64,000 nucleotides of DNA from the human T2T-CHM13v2.0 reference genome, Homo sapiens (GCF_009914755.1 NC_060946.1); one strand, 5' to 3'; counted from the stretch's first letter, positions 24,996-39,500 are shown. The notes: a model not told the origin generated them from the sequence alone. Numbers and translations: made by a program.

Positions 24996-26832
24996 CTAGG
25001 AACTGCCTACAGAGGTTATTGTGAAATATCTCTGCACTGATAAACTAGGTGGTGTAACCCATGTCCAAGCTCTGCCTACAGGTTCGTTTCCACATATCCC
25101 TGAACTGATGACAAAGGTGATGTAACACTTGCCTAGGCTTTGCCTACAGGGAACATTGAACATATATCTGCACTGATCACCCAGGTGATGCAACTCTTGC
25201 CTAGGCTTTGCCTACAGGGGACATTGTGACATATCTCTTCAATGATCACTCATGTGATGCATCTCTTGCCTAGGCTTTGCCTACAGGGGACATTGTGACA
25301 TATCTCTGCACTGATCTCCCAGGTGCTGTAACTTTAGTCTAGGCTCTGGCTACACGGCATTGTGACCTACCTCTGCAATGATCACCCAGGTGATATAACT
25401 CTTCTCTAGGATCTGCCTACAGGGTACTTTGTGACATATCCCTGCACTGATCACCCAGGTGATCTAACTCTGGTCTAAGCTCTTCCTAAAGGGGCATGGT
25501 GACAGATCTCTGCACTGATCACTCTGGTGATGTAACTATTGTCTAGGCTCTGCTTCAAGGGGCCTTGTCACATATCTCTGCACTGATCACCCAGGTGATG
25601 TAACTCTTGTCTTGGCTCTGCTTACAGGGCATATTGTGACATATCTATGCACTGATCACCTTAGTGATGTAACACTTTGGTAGGCTCGGCCTACAGGGGA
25701 ATCTTGACATATCTCTGCACTGTTAACCGAGGTGATTTAACCTTGTCTAGGCTGTGCAAACAGGGGGATTGAGACATATCTCTGCACTGATCCCGAGGTG
25801 ATACAAGTCTTGCCTGGTCTCTGCCTACTGTGGACATTGTGACATATCTCTGCACTGATCTCCCAGGTGCTGTAACTTTAGTCTAGGCTCTGGCTACACG
25901 GCATTGTGACATATCACTGCACTGATCACCCATGGGATATAACTCTTCTCTAGGATCTGACCACAGGGTGCTTTGTGACATATCCCTGCAATGATCACCC
26001 AGGTGATATACCACTTGCCAAGGCTCTGCCTACAGGGGCATTGCAATGTATCTCTGCACTGATCACCTAGGTCTTGTAGCTATTTTCTAGGATCTGCCTA
26101 CAGGGTGCTTTGTGAAGTGTCCCAGCAAGGATTACCCAGGTGATGTACCTCTCATCAAGGCTCTGCCTAGAGGCACATTGTGATGTATCTCTGCACTGAT
26201 CACCTCGGTCATGTAACTTTTTTCTAGGCTCTATCTACGATGGCATTGTGACATATCTCTGCACTAATCATACAAGTGATGTAACTCTTGTCTAGGATGT
26301 GCCTAAATTAACTTTTTGACATAACCCTGTACTGATCATCCAGGTGATGGATCTTTTGTCTAGGCTCTGCCTAAGGGGGCATTGTGACATATTTCTGCAT
26401 TGATCACCCAGGTGGCGAACTCTTCTCTCGGATCTGCCTATGGGGTCATTGTGAGAAATCTCTGCACTGATCACCCAGGTGATGTAACTGTTGTGTAACC
26501 TCTGCCGACAGGGGAATTGTGAGAGATCTCGTCACTGATTACCCAAGTGATGTAACCATTGTCTAGGCTTTGCGTACAGGGGGCTTTGTGACATACCTTT
26601 GCACTGATCACCCAGGTGATGTAACACATCTAAGTTCGGCCTAAAGGAGCTTTGTGACATATCTCTGCACTGATCACTTAGGTGATGTAACACTTTTATA
26701 ATCACTGCCTACAGGGAATTTTGACAAATCTCTGCACTGATCACCTAGGTGATGTAACTCTTGTCTACCCTCTGTCCAACGGGGCATTGTGAAATATCTC
26801 TGCACTGATCACCCAGGTGATTCAACTCTTGA
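24996..26832 (+). repeat. Deletion-variant HOR, 27 monomers (1,837 bp)
   Basis: Landmark spacing is 1,837. The junction 'ctacacggcATTGTGACctacctctgc' at about 25359-25366 removes one 68-bp monomer length, and there is a further 1-bp deletion near 25741. Confidence 0.92.
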
Positions 26833-29828
26833 CTAGGAACTGCCTACAGAGGTTATTGTGAAATATCTCTGCACTGATAAACTAGGTGGTGTAACCCTTG
26901 TCCAAGCTCTGCCTACAGGTTCGTTTCCACATATCCCTGAACTGATGAAAAAGGTGATGTAACTCTTGCCTAGGCTTTGCCTACAGGGAACATTGGACAT
27001 ATATCTGCACTGATCACCCAGGTGATGCAACTCTTGCCTAGTTTTTGCCTACAGGGGACATTGTGACATATCTCTTCAATGATCACTCATCTGATGCATC
27101 TCTTGCCTAGGCTTTGCCTACAGGGGACATTGTGACATATCTCTGCACTGATCTCCCAGGTGCTGTAACTTTAGTCTAGGCTCTGGCTACACGGCATTGT
27201 GACCTAGCTCTGCACTGATCACCCAGGTGATATAACTCTTCTCTAGGATCTGCCTACAGGGTACTTTGTGATATATCCCTGCACTGATCACCCAGGTGAT
27301 CTAACTCTGGTCTAAGCTCTGCCTAATGGGGCATTGTGACAGATCTCTGCACTGATCACTCTGGTGATGTAAGTATTGTCTAGGCTCTGCTTCAAGGGGC
27401 CTTGTCACATATCTCTGCACTGATCACCCAGGTGATGTAACTCTTGTCTAGGCTCTGCTTCCAGGGCATATTGTGACATATCTATGCACTGATCACCTTA
27501 GTGATGTAACACTTTGGTAGGCTCGGCCTGCAGGGGAATCTTGACATATCTCTGCACTGTTAACCGAGGTGATTTAACTCTTGTCTAGGCTGTGCCCACA
27601 GGGGGATTGAGACATATCTCTGCACTGATCCCGAGGTGATACAACTTTTGTCTGGTCTCCGCCTACTGTGGACATTGTGACATATCTCTGCACTGATCTC
27701 CCAGGTGCTGTAACTTTAGTCTAGGCTCTGGCTACACGGCATTGTGACATATCACTGCACTGATCAACCAGGTGATATAACTCTTGTATAGGCTCTGCCT
27801 ACAGGGGGATTGTGACCTACCTCTGCACTGATCACCCAGGTGATATAACTCTTCTCTAGGATCTGCCTACAGAGTATATTGTGACATATCCCTGCACTGA
27901 TCACTCATGTGATCTAACTCTGGTCTAAGCTCTGCCTAAAGGGGCATTGTGACAGATCTCTGCACTGATCACTCAGGTGATGTAAGTATTGTCTAGGCTC
28001 TGCTTCAAGGGGCCTTGTCACATATCTCTGCACTGATCACCCAGGTGATGTAACTCTTGTCTAGGCTCTGATTCCAGGGCATATTGTGACATATCTATGC
28101 ACTGATCACCTTAGTGATGTAACACTTTGGTAGGCTCCCCCTACAGGGGAATCTTGACATATCTCTGCACTGTTAACCGAGGTGATTTGACTCTTGTCTA
28201 GGCTGTGCCCACAGGGGGATTGAGACATAACTCTGCACTGATCCCGAGGTGATACAACTCTTGCCTGGTCTCTGCCTACTGCGGACATTGTGACATATCT
28301 CTGCACTGATCTCCCAGGTGCTGTAACTTTAGTCTAGCCTCTGGCTACACGGCATTGTGACCTACCTCTGCACTGATCACCCAGGTGATATAACTCTTCT
28401 CTAGGATCTGCCTACAGGGTACATTTTGACATATCCCTGCACTGATCACCCAGGTGATCTACTTCTGGTCTAAGCTCTGCCTAAAGGGGCATTGTGACAG
28501 ATCTCTGCACTGATTACTCTGGTGTTGTAAGTATTTTCTAGGCTCTGCTTCAAGGGGCCTTGTCACATATCTCTGCACTGATCACCCAGGTGATGTAACT
28601 CTTGTCTAGGCTCTGCTTCCAGGGCATATTGTGACATATCTATGCACTGATCACCTTAGTGATGTAACACTTTGGTAGGCTCGGCCTACAGGGGAATCTT
28701 GACATATCTCTGCACTGTTAACCGAGGTGATTTAACTCTTGTCTAGGCTGTGCCCACAGGGGGATTGAGACATATCTCTGCACTGATCCCGAGGTGATAC
28801 AACTCTTGCCTGGTCTCTGCCTACTGTGGACATTGTGACATATCTCTGCACTGATCTCCCAGGTGCTGTAACTTTAGTCTAGGCTCTGGCTACACGGCAT
28901 TGTGACATATCACTGCACTGATCACCCAGGCGATATAACTCTTCTCTAGGATCTGACCACAGGGTGCTTTGTGACATATCCCTGCAATGATCACCCAGGT
29001 GATATACCACTTGCCAAGGCTCTGCCTACAGGGGCATTGCAATGTATCTCTGCACTGATCACCTAGCTCTTGTAGCTATTTTCTAGGATCTGTCTACAGG
29101 GTGCTTTGTGACGTGTCCCAGCAAGGATTACCCAGGTGATGTACCTCTCATCAAGGCTCGGCCTACAGGCACATTGTGATGTATCTCTGCACTGATCACC
29201 TATGTCATTTAACTTTTTTCTAGGCTCTACCTACGATGGCATTGTGACATATCTCTGCACTAATCATCCAAGTGATGTAACTCTTGTCTAGGATGTGCCT
29301 AAATTAACTTTTTGACATAACCCTGTACTGATCATCCAGGTGATGGAGCTATTGTCTAGGCTCTGCCTAAGGGGGCATTGTGACATATTTCTGCATTGAT
29401 CACCCAGGTGGCGAACTCTTCTCTCGGGTCTGCCTATGGGGGCATTGTGAGAAATCTCTGCACAGATAACCCAGGTGATGTAACTGTTCTGTAACCTCTG
29501 CCTACAGGGGAATTGTGAGAGATCTCGTCACTGATTACCCAAGTGATGTAACCGTTGTCTAGGCTTTGCATACAGGGGGCTTTGTGACATACATTTGCAC
29601 TGATCACCCAGGTGATGTAACACATCTAAGTTCGGCCTAAAGGAGCTTTGTGACATATCTCTGCACTGATCACTTAGGTGATGTAACACTTTTATAATCA
29701 CTGCCTACAGGGAATTTTGGCAAATCTCTGCACTGATCACCTAGGTGATGTAACTCTTGTCTACCCTCTGTGCAACGGGGCCTTGTGAAATATCTCTGCA
29801 CTGATCACCCAGGTGATTCAAATCTTGA
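26833..29828 (+). repeat. Expansion-variant HOR, 44 monomers (2,996 bp), with a triplicated 8/9/8-monomer sub-block
   Basis: The 'gatctcccaggtgctgtaac' monomer occurs four times, at 27150, 27695, 28308 and 28853 (spacings 545, 613, 545), instead of twice. 1906 - 68 + 613 + 545 = 2996. Confidence 0.92.
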
Positions 29829-32800
29829 CTAGGAACTGCCTACAGAGGTTATTGTGAAATATCTCTGCACTGATAAACTAGGTGGTGTAAACCTTGTCCA
29901 AGCTCTGCCTACAGGGGCGTTTCCACATATCCCTGAACTGATGAAAAAGGTGATGTAACTCTTGCCTAGGCTTTGCCTACAGGGAACATTGGACATATAT
30001 CTGCACTGATCACCCAGGTGATGCAACTCTTGCCTTGGCTTTGCCTACAGGGGACATCGTGACATATCTCTTCAATGATCACTCATGTGATGCATCTCCT
30101 GCCTAGGCTTTGCCTACAGGTGAGATTGTGACATATCTCTGCACTGATCTCCCAGGTGCTGTAACTTTAGTCTAGGCTCTGGCTACACGGCATTGTGACA
30201 TATCACTGCACTGATCAACCAGGTTATATAACTCTTGTATAGGCTCTGCCTACAGGGTTATTGTGACCTACCACTGCACTGATCACCCAGGTGATATAAC
30301 TCTTCTCTAGGATCTGCCTACAGGGTACTTTGTGACATATCCCTGCACTGATCACCCAGGTGATCTAACTCTGGTCTAAGGTCTGCCTAAAGGGGCATTG
30401 TGACAGATCTCTGCACTGATCACTCTGGTGATGTAAGTATTGTCTAGGCTCTGCTTCAAGGGGCCTTGTCATATACCTCTGCACTGATCACCAGGTGATG
30501 TAACTCTTGTCTAGGCTCTGCTTCCAGGGCATATTGTGACATATCTATGCACTGATCACCTTAGTGATGTAACACTTTGGTAGGCTCGGCCTACAGGGGA
30601 ATCTTGACATATCTCTGCACTGTTAACCGAGGTGATTTAACTCTTGTCTAGGCTGTGCCCACAGGGGGATTGAGACATATCTCTGCACTGATCCCGAGGT
30701 GATACAACTCTTGCCTGGTCTCTGCCTACTGTGGACATTGAGACATATCTCTGCACTGATCTCCCAGGTGCTGTAACTTTAGTCTAGGCTCTGGCTACAC
30801 GGCATTGTGACATATCACTGCACTGATCACCCAGGCGATACAACTCTTCTCTAGGATCTGACCACAGGGTGCTTTGTGACATCTCCCTACAATGATCACC
30901 CAGGTGATATACCACTTGCCAAGGCTCTGCCTACAGGGGCATTGCAATGTATCTCTGCACTGATCACCTAGGTCTTGTAGCTATTTTCTAGGATCTGCCT
31001 ACAGGGTGCTTTGTGACGTGTCCTAGCAAGGATTACCCAGGTGATGTACCTCTCATCAAGGCTCTGCCTACAGGCACATTGTGATGTATCTCTGCACTGA
31101 TCACCTAGGTCATGTAACTTTTTCCTAGGCTCTACCTACGATGGCATTGTGACATATCTCTGCACTAATCATCCAAGTGATGTAACTCTTGTCTAGGATG
31201 TGCCTAAATTAACTTTTTGACATAACCCTGTACTGATCATCCAGGTGATGGAGCTTTTGTCTAGGCTCTGCCTAAGGGGGCATTGTGACATATTTCTGCA
31301 TTGATCACCCAGGTGGCGAACTCTTCTCTCGTTTCTGCCTATGGGGGCATTGTGAGAAACATCTGCACTGATCACCCAGGAGATGTAACTGTTGTGTAAC
31401 CTCTCCCTACAGGGGAATTGTGAGAGATCTCGGCAATGATTACCCAAGGGATGTAACCGATGTCTAGGCTTTGCATACAGGGGTCTTTGTGACATACCTT
31501 TGCACTAATCACCCAGGTGATGTAACACATCTAAGTTCGGCCTAAAGGAGCTTTGTGACATATCTCTGCACTGATCACTTAGGTGATGTAACACTTTTAT
31601 AATGACTGCCTACAGGGAATTTTGACAAATCTCTGCACTGATCACCTAGGTGATGTAACACTTGTCTATCCTCTGTCCAACGGGGCATTGTGAAATAACT
31701 CTGCACTGATCACCCAGGTGATTCAACTCTTGACTAGGAACTGCCTACAGAGGTTATTGTGAAATATCTCTGCACTGATAAACTAGGTGGTGTAAACCTT
31801 GTCCAAACTCTGCCTACAGGGGCGTTTCCACATATCCCTGAAGTGATGACAAAGGTGATGTAACTCTTGCCTAGGCTTTGCCTACAGGGAACATTGGACA
31901 TATATCTGCACTGATCACCCAGGTGATGCAACTCTTGCCTTGGCTTTGCCTACAGGGGACATCGTGACATATCTCTTCAATGATCTCTCATGTGATGCAT
32001 CTCTTGCCTAGGCTTTGCCTACAGGGGACATTGTGACATATCTCTGCACAGATCTCCCAGGTGCTGTAACTTTAGTCTAGGCTCCGGCTACACGGCATTG
32101 TGACATATCACTGCACTGATCAACCAGGTGATATAACTCTTGTATAGGCTCTGCCTACAGGGGGATTGTGACCTACCTCTGCATTGATCACCCAGGTGAT
32201 ATAACTCTTCTCTAGGATCTGCTTACAGGGTACTTTGTGACATATCCCTGCACTGATCACCCAGGTGATCTAACTCTGCTCTAAGCTCTGCCTAAACGGG
32301 CATTGTGACAGATCTCTGCACTGATAACTCTGGTGTTGTAAGTATTTTCTAGGCTCTGCTTCAAGGGGCCTTGTCACATATCTCTGCACTGATCACCCAG
32401 GTGATGTAACTCTTGTCTAGGCTCTGCTTCCAGGGCATATTGTGACATATCTATGCACTGATCACCTTAGTGATGTAACACTTTGGTAGGCTCGGCCTAC
32501 AGGGGAATCTTGACATATCTCTGCACTGTTAACCGAGGTGATTTAACTCTTGTCTAGGCTGTGCCCACAGGGGGATTGAGACATATCTCTGCACTGATCC
32601 CGAGGTGATACAACTCTTGCCTGGTCTCTGCCTACTGTGGACATTGTGACATATCTCTGCACTGATCTCCCAGGTGCTGTAACTTTAGTCTAGGCTCTGG
32701 CTACACGGCATTGTGACATATCACTGCACTGATCACCCAGGCGATATAACTCTTCTCTAGGATCTGACCACAGGGTGCTTTGTGACATATCCCTGCAATG

Positions 32801-33599
32801 ATCACCCAGGTGATATACCACTTGCCAAGGCTCTGCCTACAGGGGCATTGCAATGTATCTCTGCACTGATCACCTAGGTCTTGTAGCTATTTTCTAGGAT
32901 CTGTCTACAGGGTTCTTTGTGACGTGTCCCAGCAAGGATTACCCAGGTGATGTACCTCTCATCAAGGCTCTGCCTACAGGCACATTGTGATGTATCTCTG
33001 CACTGATCACCTATGTCATTTAACTTTTTTCTAGGCTCTACCTACGATGGCATTGTGACATATCTCGGCACTAATCATCCAAGTGATGTAACTCTTGTCT
33101 AGGATGTGCCTAAATTAACTTTTTGACATAACCCTGTACTGATCATCCAGGTGATGGAGCTATTGTCTAGGCTCTGCCTAAGGGGGCACTGTGACATATT
33201 TCTGCATTGATCACCCAGGTGGCGAACTCTTCTCTCGGGTCTGCCTATGGGGGCATTGTGAGAAATCTCTGCACAGATAACCCAGGTGATGTAACTGTTG
33301 TGTAACCTCTACCTACAGGGGAATTGTGAGAGATCTCGTCACTGATTACCCAAGTGATGTAACCGTTGTCTAGGCTTTGCATACAGGGGGCTTTGTGACA
33401 TACATTTGCACTGATCACCCAGGTGATGTAACACATCTAAGTTCGGCCTAAAGGAGCTTTGTGACATATCTCTGCACTGATCACTTAGGTGATGTAACAC
33501 TTTTATAATCACTGCCTACAGGGAATTTTGACAAATCTCTGCACTGATCACCTAGGTGATGTAACTCTTGTCTACCCTCTGTGCAACGGGGCCTTGTGA

Positions 33600-36500
33600 A
33601 ATATCTCTGCACTGATCACCCAGGTGATTCAACTCTTGACTAGGAACTGCCTACAGAGGTTATTGTGAAATATCTCTGCACTGATAAACTAGGTGGTGTA
33701 AACCTTGTCCAAGCTCTGCCTACAGGGGCGTTTCCACATATCCCTGAACTGATGACAAAGGTGATGTAACTCTTGCCTAGGCTTTGCCTACAGGGAACAT
33801 TGGACATATATCTGCACTGATCACCCAGGTGATGCAACTCTTGCCTAGGCTTTGCCTACAGGGGACATCGTGACATATCTCTTCAATGATCACTCATGTG
33901 ATGCATCTCTTGCCTAGGCTTTGCCTACAGGGGACATTGTGACATATCTCTGCACTGATCTCCCAGGTGCTGTAACTTTAGTCTAGGCTCTGGCTACACG
34001 GCATTGTGACATATCAATGCACTGATCAACCAGGTGATATAACTCATTTATAGGTTTCTGCCTACAGGGGGATTGTGAACTACCACTGCACTGATCACCC
34101 AGGTGATATAACTCTTCTCTAGGATCTGCCTACAGGGTACTTTGTGACATATCCCTGCACTGATCACCCAGGTGATCTAACTCTGGTCTAAGCTCTGCCT
34201 AAAGGGGCATTGTGACAGATCTCTGCACTGATCACTCTGGTGATGTAAGTATTGTCTAGGCTCTGCTTCAAGGGGCCTTGTCACATATCTCTGCACTGAT
34301 CACCCAGGTGATGTAACTCTTGTCTAGGCTCTGCTTCCAGGGCATATTGTGACATATCTATGCACTGATCACCTTAGTGATGTAACACTTTGGTAGGCTC
34401 GGCCTACAGGGGAATCTTGACATATCTCTGCACTGTTAACCGAGGTGATTTAACTCTTGTCTAGGCTGTGCCCACAGGGGGATTGAGACGTATCTCTGCA
34501 CTGATCCCGAGGTGATACAACTCTTGCCTGGTCTCTGCCTACTGTGGATATTGTGACATATCTCTGCACTGATCTCCCAGGTGCTGTAACTTTATTCTAG
34601 GCTCTGGCTACTCGGCATTGTGACATGTCACTGCACTGATCACCCAACGATATAACTCTTCTCTAGGATCTGACCACAGGGTGCTTTGTGACATATCCCT
34701 GCAATGATCACCCAGGTGATATACCACTTGCCAAGGCTCTGCCTACAGGGGCATTGCAATGTATCTCTGCACTGATCACCTAGGTCTTGTAGCTATTTTC
34801 TAGGATCTGCCTACAGGGTGCTTTGTGACGTGTCCCAGCAAGGATTACCCAGGTGATGTACCTCTCATCAAGGCTCTGCCTACAGGCACATTGTGATGTA
34901 TCTCTGCACTGATCACCTCGGTCATGTAACTTTTTTCTAGGCTCTACCTACGATGGCATTGTGACATATCTCTGCACTAATCATCCAAGTGATGTAACTC
35001 TTGTCTAGGATGTGCCTAAATTAACTTTTTGACATAACCCTGTACTGATCATCCAGGTGATGGAGCTTTTGTCTAGGCTCTGCCTAAGGGGGCATTGTGG
35101 CATATTTCTGCATTGATCACCCAGGTGGCGAACTCTTCTCTCGGATCTGCCTATGGGGGCATTGTGAGAAATCTCTGCACTGATCACCCAGGTGATGTAA
35201 CTGTTGTGTAACCTCTGCCTACAGGGGAATTGTGAGAGATCTCGTAACTGATTACCCAAGTGATGTAACCGTTGTCTAGGCTTTGCATACAGGGGGCTTT
35301 GTGACATACCTTTGCACTGATCACCCAGGTGATGTAACACAGCTAATTTCGGCCTAAAGGAGCTTTGTGACATATCTCTGCACTGATCACTTAGGTGATG
35401 TAACACTTTTATAATCACTGCCTACAGGGAATTTTGACAAATCTCTGCACTGATCACCTAGGTGATGTAACTCTTGTCTACCCCCTGTCCAACGGGGCAT
35501 TGTGAAATATCTCTGCACTGATCACCCAGGTGACTCAACTCTTGACTAGGAACTGCCTACAGAGGTTATTGTGAAATATCTCTGCACTGATAAACTAGGT
35601 GGTGTAACCATTGTCCAAGCTCTGCCTACAGGGGCGTTTCCACATATCTCTGAACTGATGACAAAGGTGATGTAACTCTTGCCTAGGCTTTGCCTACAGG
35701 GAACATTGGACATATATCTGCACTGATCACCCAGGTGATGCAACTCTTGCCTAGGCTTTGCCTACAGGGGCATTGTGACATATCTCTTCAATGATCACTC
35801 ATGTGATGCATCTCTTGCCTAGGCTTTGCCTACAGGGGACATTGTGACATATCTCTGCACTGATCTCCCAGGTGCTGTAACTTTAGTCTAGGCTCTGGCT
35901 ACACGGCATTGTGACATATCACTGCACTGATCAACCAGGTGATATAACTCTTGTATAGGCTCTGCCTACAGGGGGATTTTGACCTACCTCTGCACTGATC
36001 ACGCAGGTGATATAACTCTTCTCTAGGATCTTCCTACAGGGTACTTTGTGACATATCCCTGCACTGATCACCCAGGTGATCTATCTCTGGTCTAAGCTCT
36101 GCCTAAAGGGGCATTGTGACAGATCTCTGCACTGATCACTCAGGTGATGTAAGTATTGTCTAGGCTCGGCTTCAAGGGGCCTTGTCACATATCTCTGCAC
36201 TGATCACCCAGGTGATGTAACTCTTGTCTAGGCTCTGCTTCCAGGGCATATTGTGACATATCTATGCACTGATCACCTTAGTGATGTAACACTTTGGTAG
36301 GCTCGGCCTACAGGGGAATCTTGACATATCTCTGCACTGTTAACCGAGGTGATTTAACTCTTGTCTAGGCTGTGCCCACAGGGGGATTGAGACATATCTC
36401 TGCACTGATCCCGAGGTGATACAACTCTTGCCTGGTCTCTGCCTACTGTGGACATTGTGACATATCTCTGCACTGATCTCCCAGGTGCTGTAAATTTAGT

Positions 36501-39500
36501 CTAGGCTCTGGCTACACGGCATTGTGACATAACACTGCACTGATCACCCAGGCGATATAACTCTTCTCTAGGATCTGACCACAGGGTGCTTTGTGACATA
36601 TCCCTGCAATGATCACCCAGGTGATATACCACTTGCCAAGGCTCTGCCTACAGGGGCATTGCAATGTATCTCTGCACTGATCACCTAGGTCTTGTAGCTA
36701 TTTTCTAGGATGTGCCTACAGGGTGCTTTGTGACGTGTCCCAGCAAGGATTACCCAGGTGATGTACCTCTCATCAAGGCTCTGCCTACAGGCACATTGTG
36801 ATGTATCTCTGCACTGATCACCTAGGTCATGTAAATTTTGTATAGGCTCTACCTACGATGGCATTGTGACATATCTCTGCACTAATCATCCAAGTGATGT
36901 AACTCTTGTCTAGGATGTGCCTAAATTAACTTTTTGACATAACCCTGTACTGATCATCCAGGTGATGGAGCTTTTGTCTAGGCTCTGCCTAAGGGGGCAT
37001 TGTGACGTATTTCTGCATTGATCCCCAAGTGGCGAACTCTTCTCTTGGATCTGCCTATGGGGGCATTGTGAGAAATCTCTGCACTGATCACCCAGGTGAT
37101 GTAACTGTTGTGTAACCTCTGCCTACAGGGGAATTGTGAGAGATCTCGTCACTGATTACCCAAGTGATGTAACCGTTGTCTAGGCTTTGCGTACAAGGGG
37201 CTTTGTGACATACATTTGCACTGATCACCCAGGTGATGTAACACATCTAAGTTCGGCCTAAAGGAGCTTTGTGACATATCTCTGCACTGATCACTTAGGT
37301 GATGTAACACTTTTATAATCACTGCCTACAGGGAATTTTGACAAATCTCTGCACTGATCACCTAGGTGATGTAACTCTTTTCTACCCCCTGTCCAACGAG
37401 GCATTGTGAAATATCTCTGCACTGATCACCCAGGTGACTCAACTCTTGACTAGGAACTGCCTACAGAGGTTATTGTGAAATATCTCTGCACTGATAAACT
37501 AGGTGGTGTAACCCTTGTCCAAGCTCTGCCTACAGGGGCGTTTCCACATATCCCTGAACTGATGACAAAGGTGATGTAACTCTTGCCTAGGCTTTGCCTA
37601 CAGGGAACATTGGACATATATCTGCACTGATCACCCAGGTGATGCAACTCCTGCCTAGGATTTGCCTACAGGGGACATTGTGACATATCTCTTCAATGAT
37701 CACTCATGTGATGCATCTCTTGCCTAGGCTTTGCCTGCAGGGGACATTGTGACATATCTCTGCACTGATCTCCCAGGTGCTGTAACTTTAGTCTAGGCTC
37801 TGACTACACGGCATTGTGACATATCACTGCACTGATCAACCAGGTGATATAACTCTTGTATAGGCTCTGCCTACAGGGGGATTGTGACCTACCTCTGCAC
37901 TGATCACCCAGGTGATATAACTCTTCTCTAGGATCTGCCTACAGGGTACTTTGTGACATATCCCTGCACTGATCACCCAGATGATCTATCTCTGGTCTAA
38001 GCTCTGCCTAAAGGGGCATTGTGACAGATCTCTGCACTGATCAGTCTGGTGATGTAAGTATTGTCTAGGCTCGGCTTCAAGGGGCCTTGTCACATATCTC
38101 TGCACTGATAACCCAGGTGATGTAACTCTTGTCTAGGCTCTGCTTACAGGGCATATTGTGACATATCTATGCACTGATCACCTTAGTGATGTAACACTTT
38201 GGTAGGCTCGGCCTACAGGGGAATCTTGACATATCTCTGCACTGTTAACCGAGGTGATTTAACTCTTGTCTAGGCTGTGCCCACAGGGGGATTGAGACAT
38301 ATCTCTGCACTGATCCCGAGGTGATACAACTCTTGCCTGGTCTCTGCCTACTGTGGTCATTGTGACATATCTCTGCACTGATCTCCCAGGTGCTGTAACT
38401 TTAGTCTAGGCTCTGGCTACACGGCATTGTGACATATCACTGCACTGATCACCCAGGCGATATAACTCTTCTCTAGGATCTGACCACAGGGTGCTTTGTG
38501 ACATATCCCTGCAATGATCACCCAGGTGATATACCACTTGCCAAGGCTCTGCCTACAGGGGCATTGCAATGTATCTCTGCACTGATCACCTAGGTCTTGT
38601 AGCTATTTTCTAGGATCTGCCTACAGGGTGCTTTGTGACGTGTCCCAGCAAGGATTACCCAGGTGATGTACCTCTCATCAAGGCTCTGCCTACAGGCACA
38701 TTGTGATGTATCTCTGCACTGATCACCTAGGTCATGTAACCTTTTTCTAGGCTCTACCTACGATGGCATTGTGACATATCTCTGCACTAATCATCCAAGT
38801 GATGTAACACTTGTCTAGGATGTGCCTAAATTAACTTTTTGACATAACCCTGTACTGATCATCCAGGTGATGGAGCTTTTGTCTAGGCTCTGCCTAAGGG
38901 GGCATTGTGACATATTTCTGCATTGATCACCCAGGTGGCGAACTCTTCTCTCGGATCTGCCTATGGGGGCATTGTGAGAAATCTCTGCACTGATAACCCA
39001 GGTGATGTAACTGTTGTGTAACCTCTGCCTACAGGAGAATTGTGAGAGATCTCGTCACTGATTACCCAAGTGATGTAACCGTTGTCTAGGCTTTGCATAC
39101 AGGGAGCTCTGTGACATACCTTTGCACTGATCACCCAGGTGATGTAACACATCTAAGTTCGGCCTAAAGGAGCTTTGTGACATATCTCTGCACTGATCAC
39201 TTAGGTGATGTAACACTTTTATAATCACTGCCTACAGGGAATTTTGACAAATCTCTGCACTGATCACCTAGGTGATGTAACTCTTGTCTACCCCCTGTCC
39301 AACGGGGCATTGTGAAATATCTCTGCACTGATCACCCAGGTGATTCAACTCTTGACTAGGAACTGCCTACAGAGGTTATTGTGAAATATCTCTGCACTGA
39401 TAAACTAGGTGGTGTAACCCTTGTCCAAGCTCTGCCTACAGGGGCGTTTCCACATATCCCTGAACTGATGACAAAGGTGATGTAACTCTTGCCTAGGCTT

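Noticed and set aside
35005-35418. Longest ORF (137 aa; also 46439-46852 and 59779-60192)
   Set aside because: Chance loss of stop codons in one unit, then copied by the block duplications. It is useful only as a marker of those duplications.
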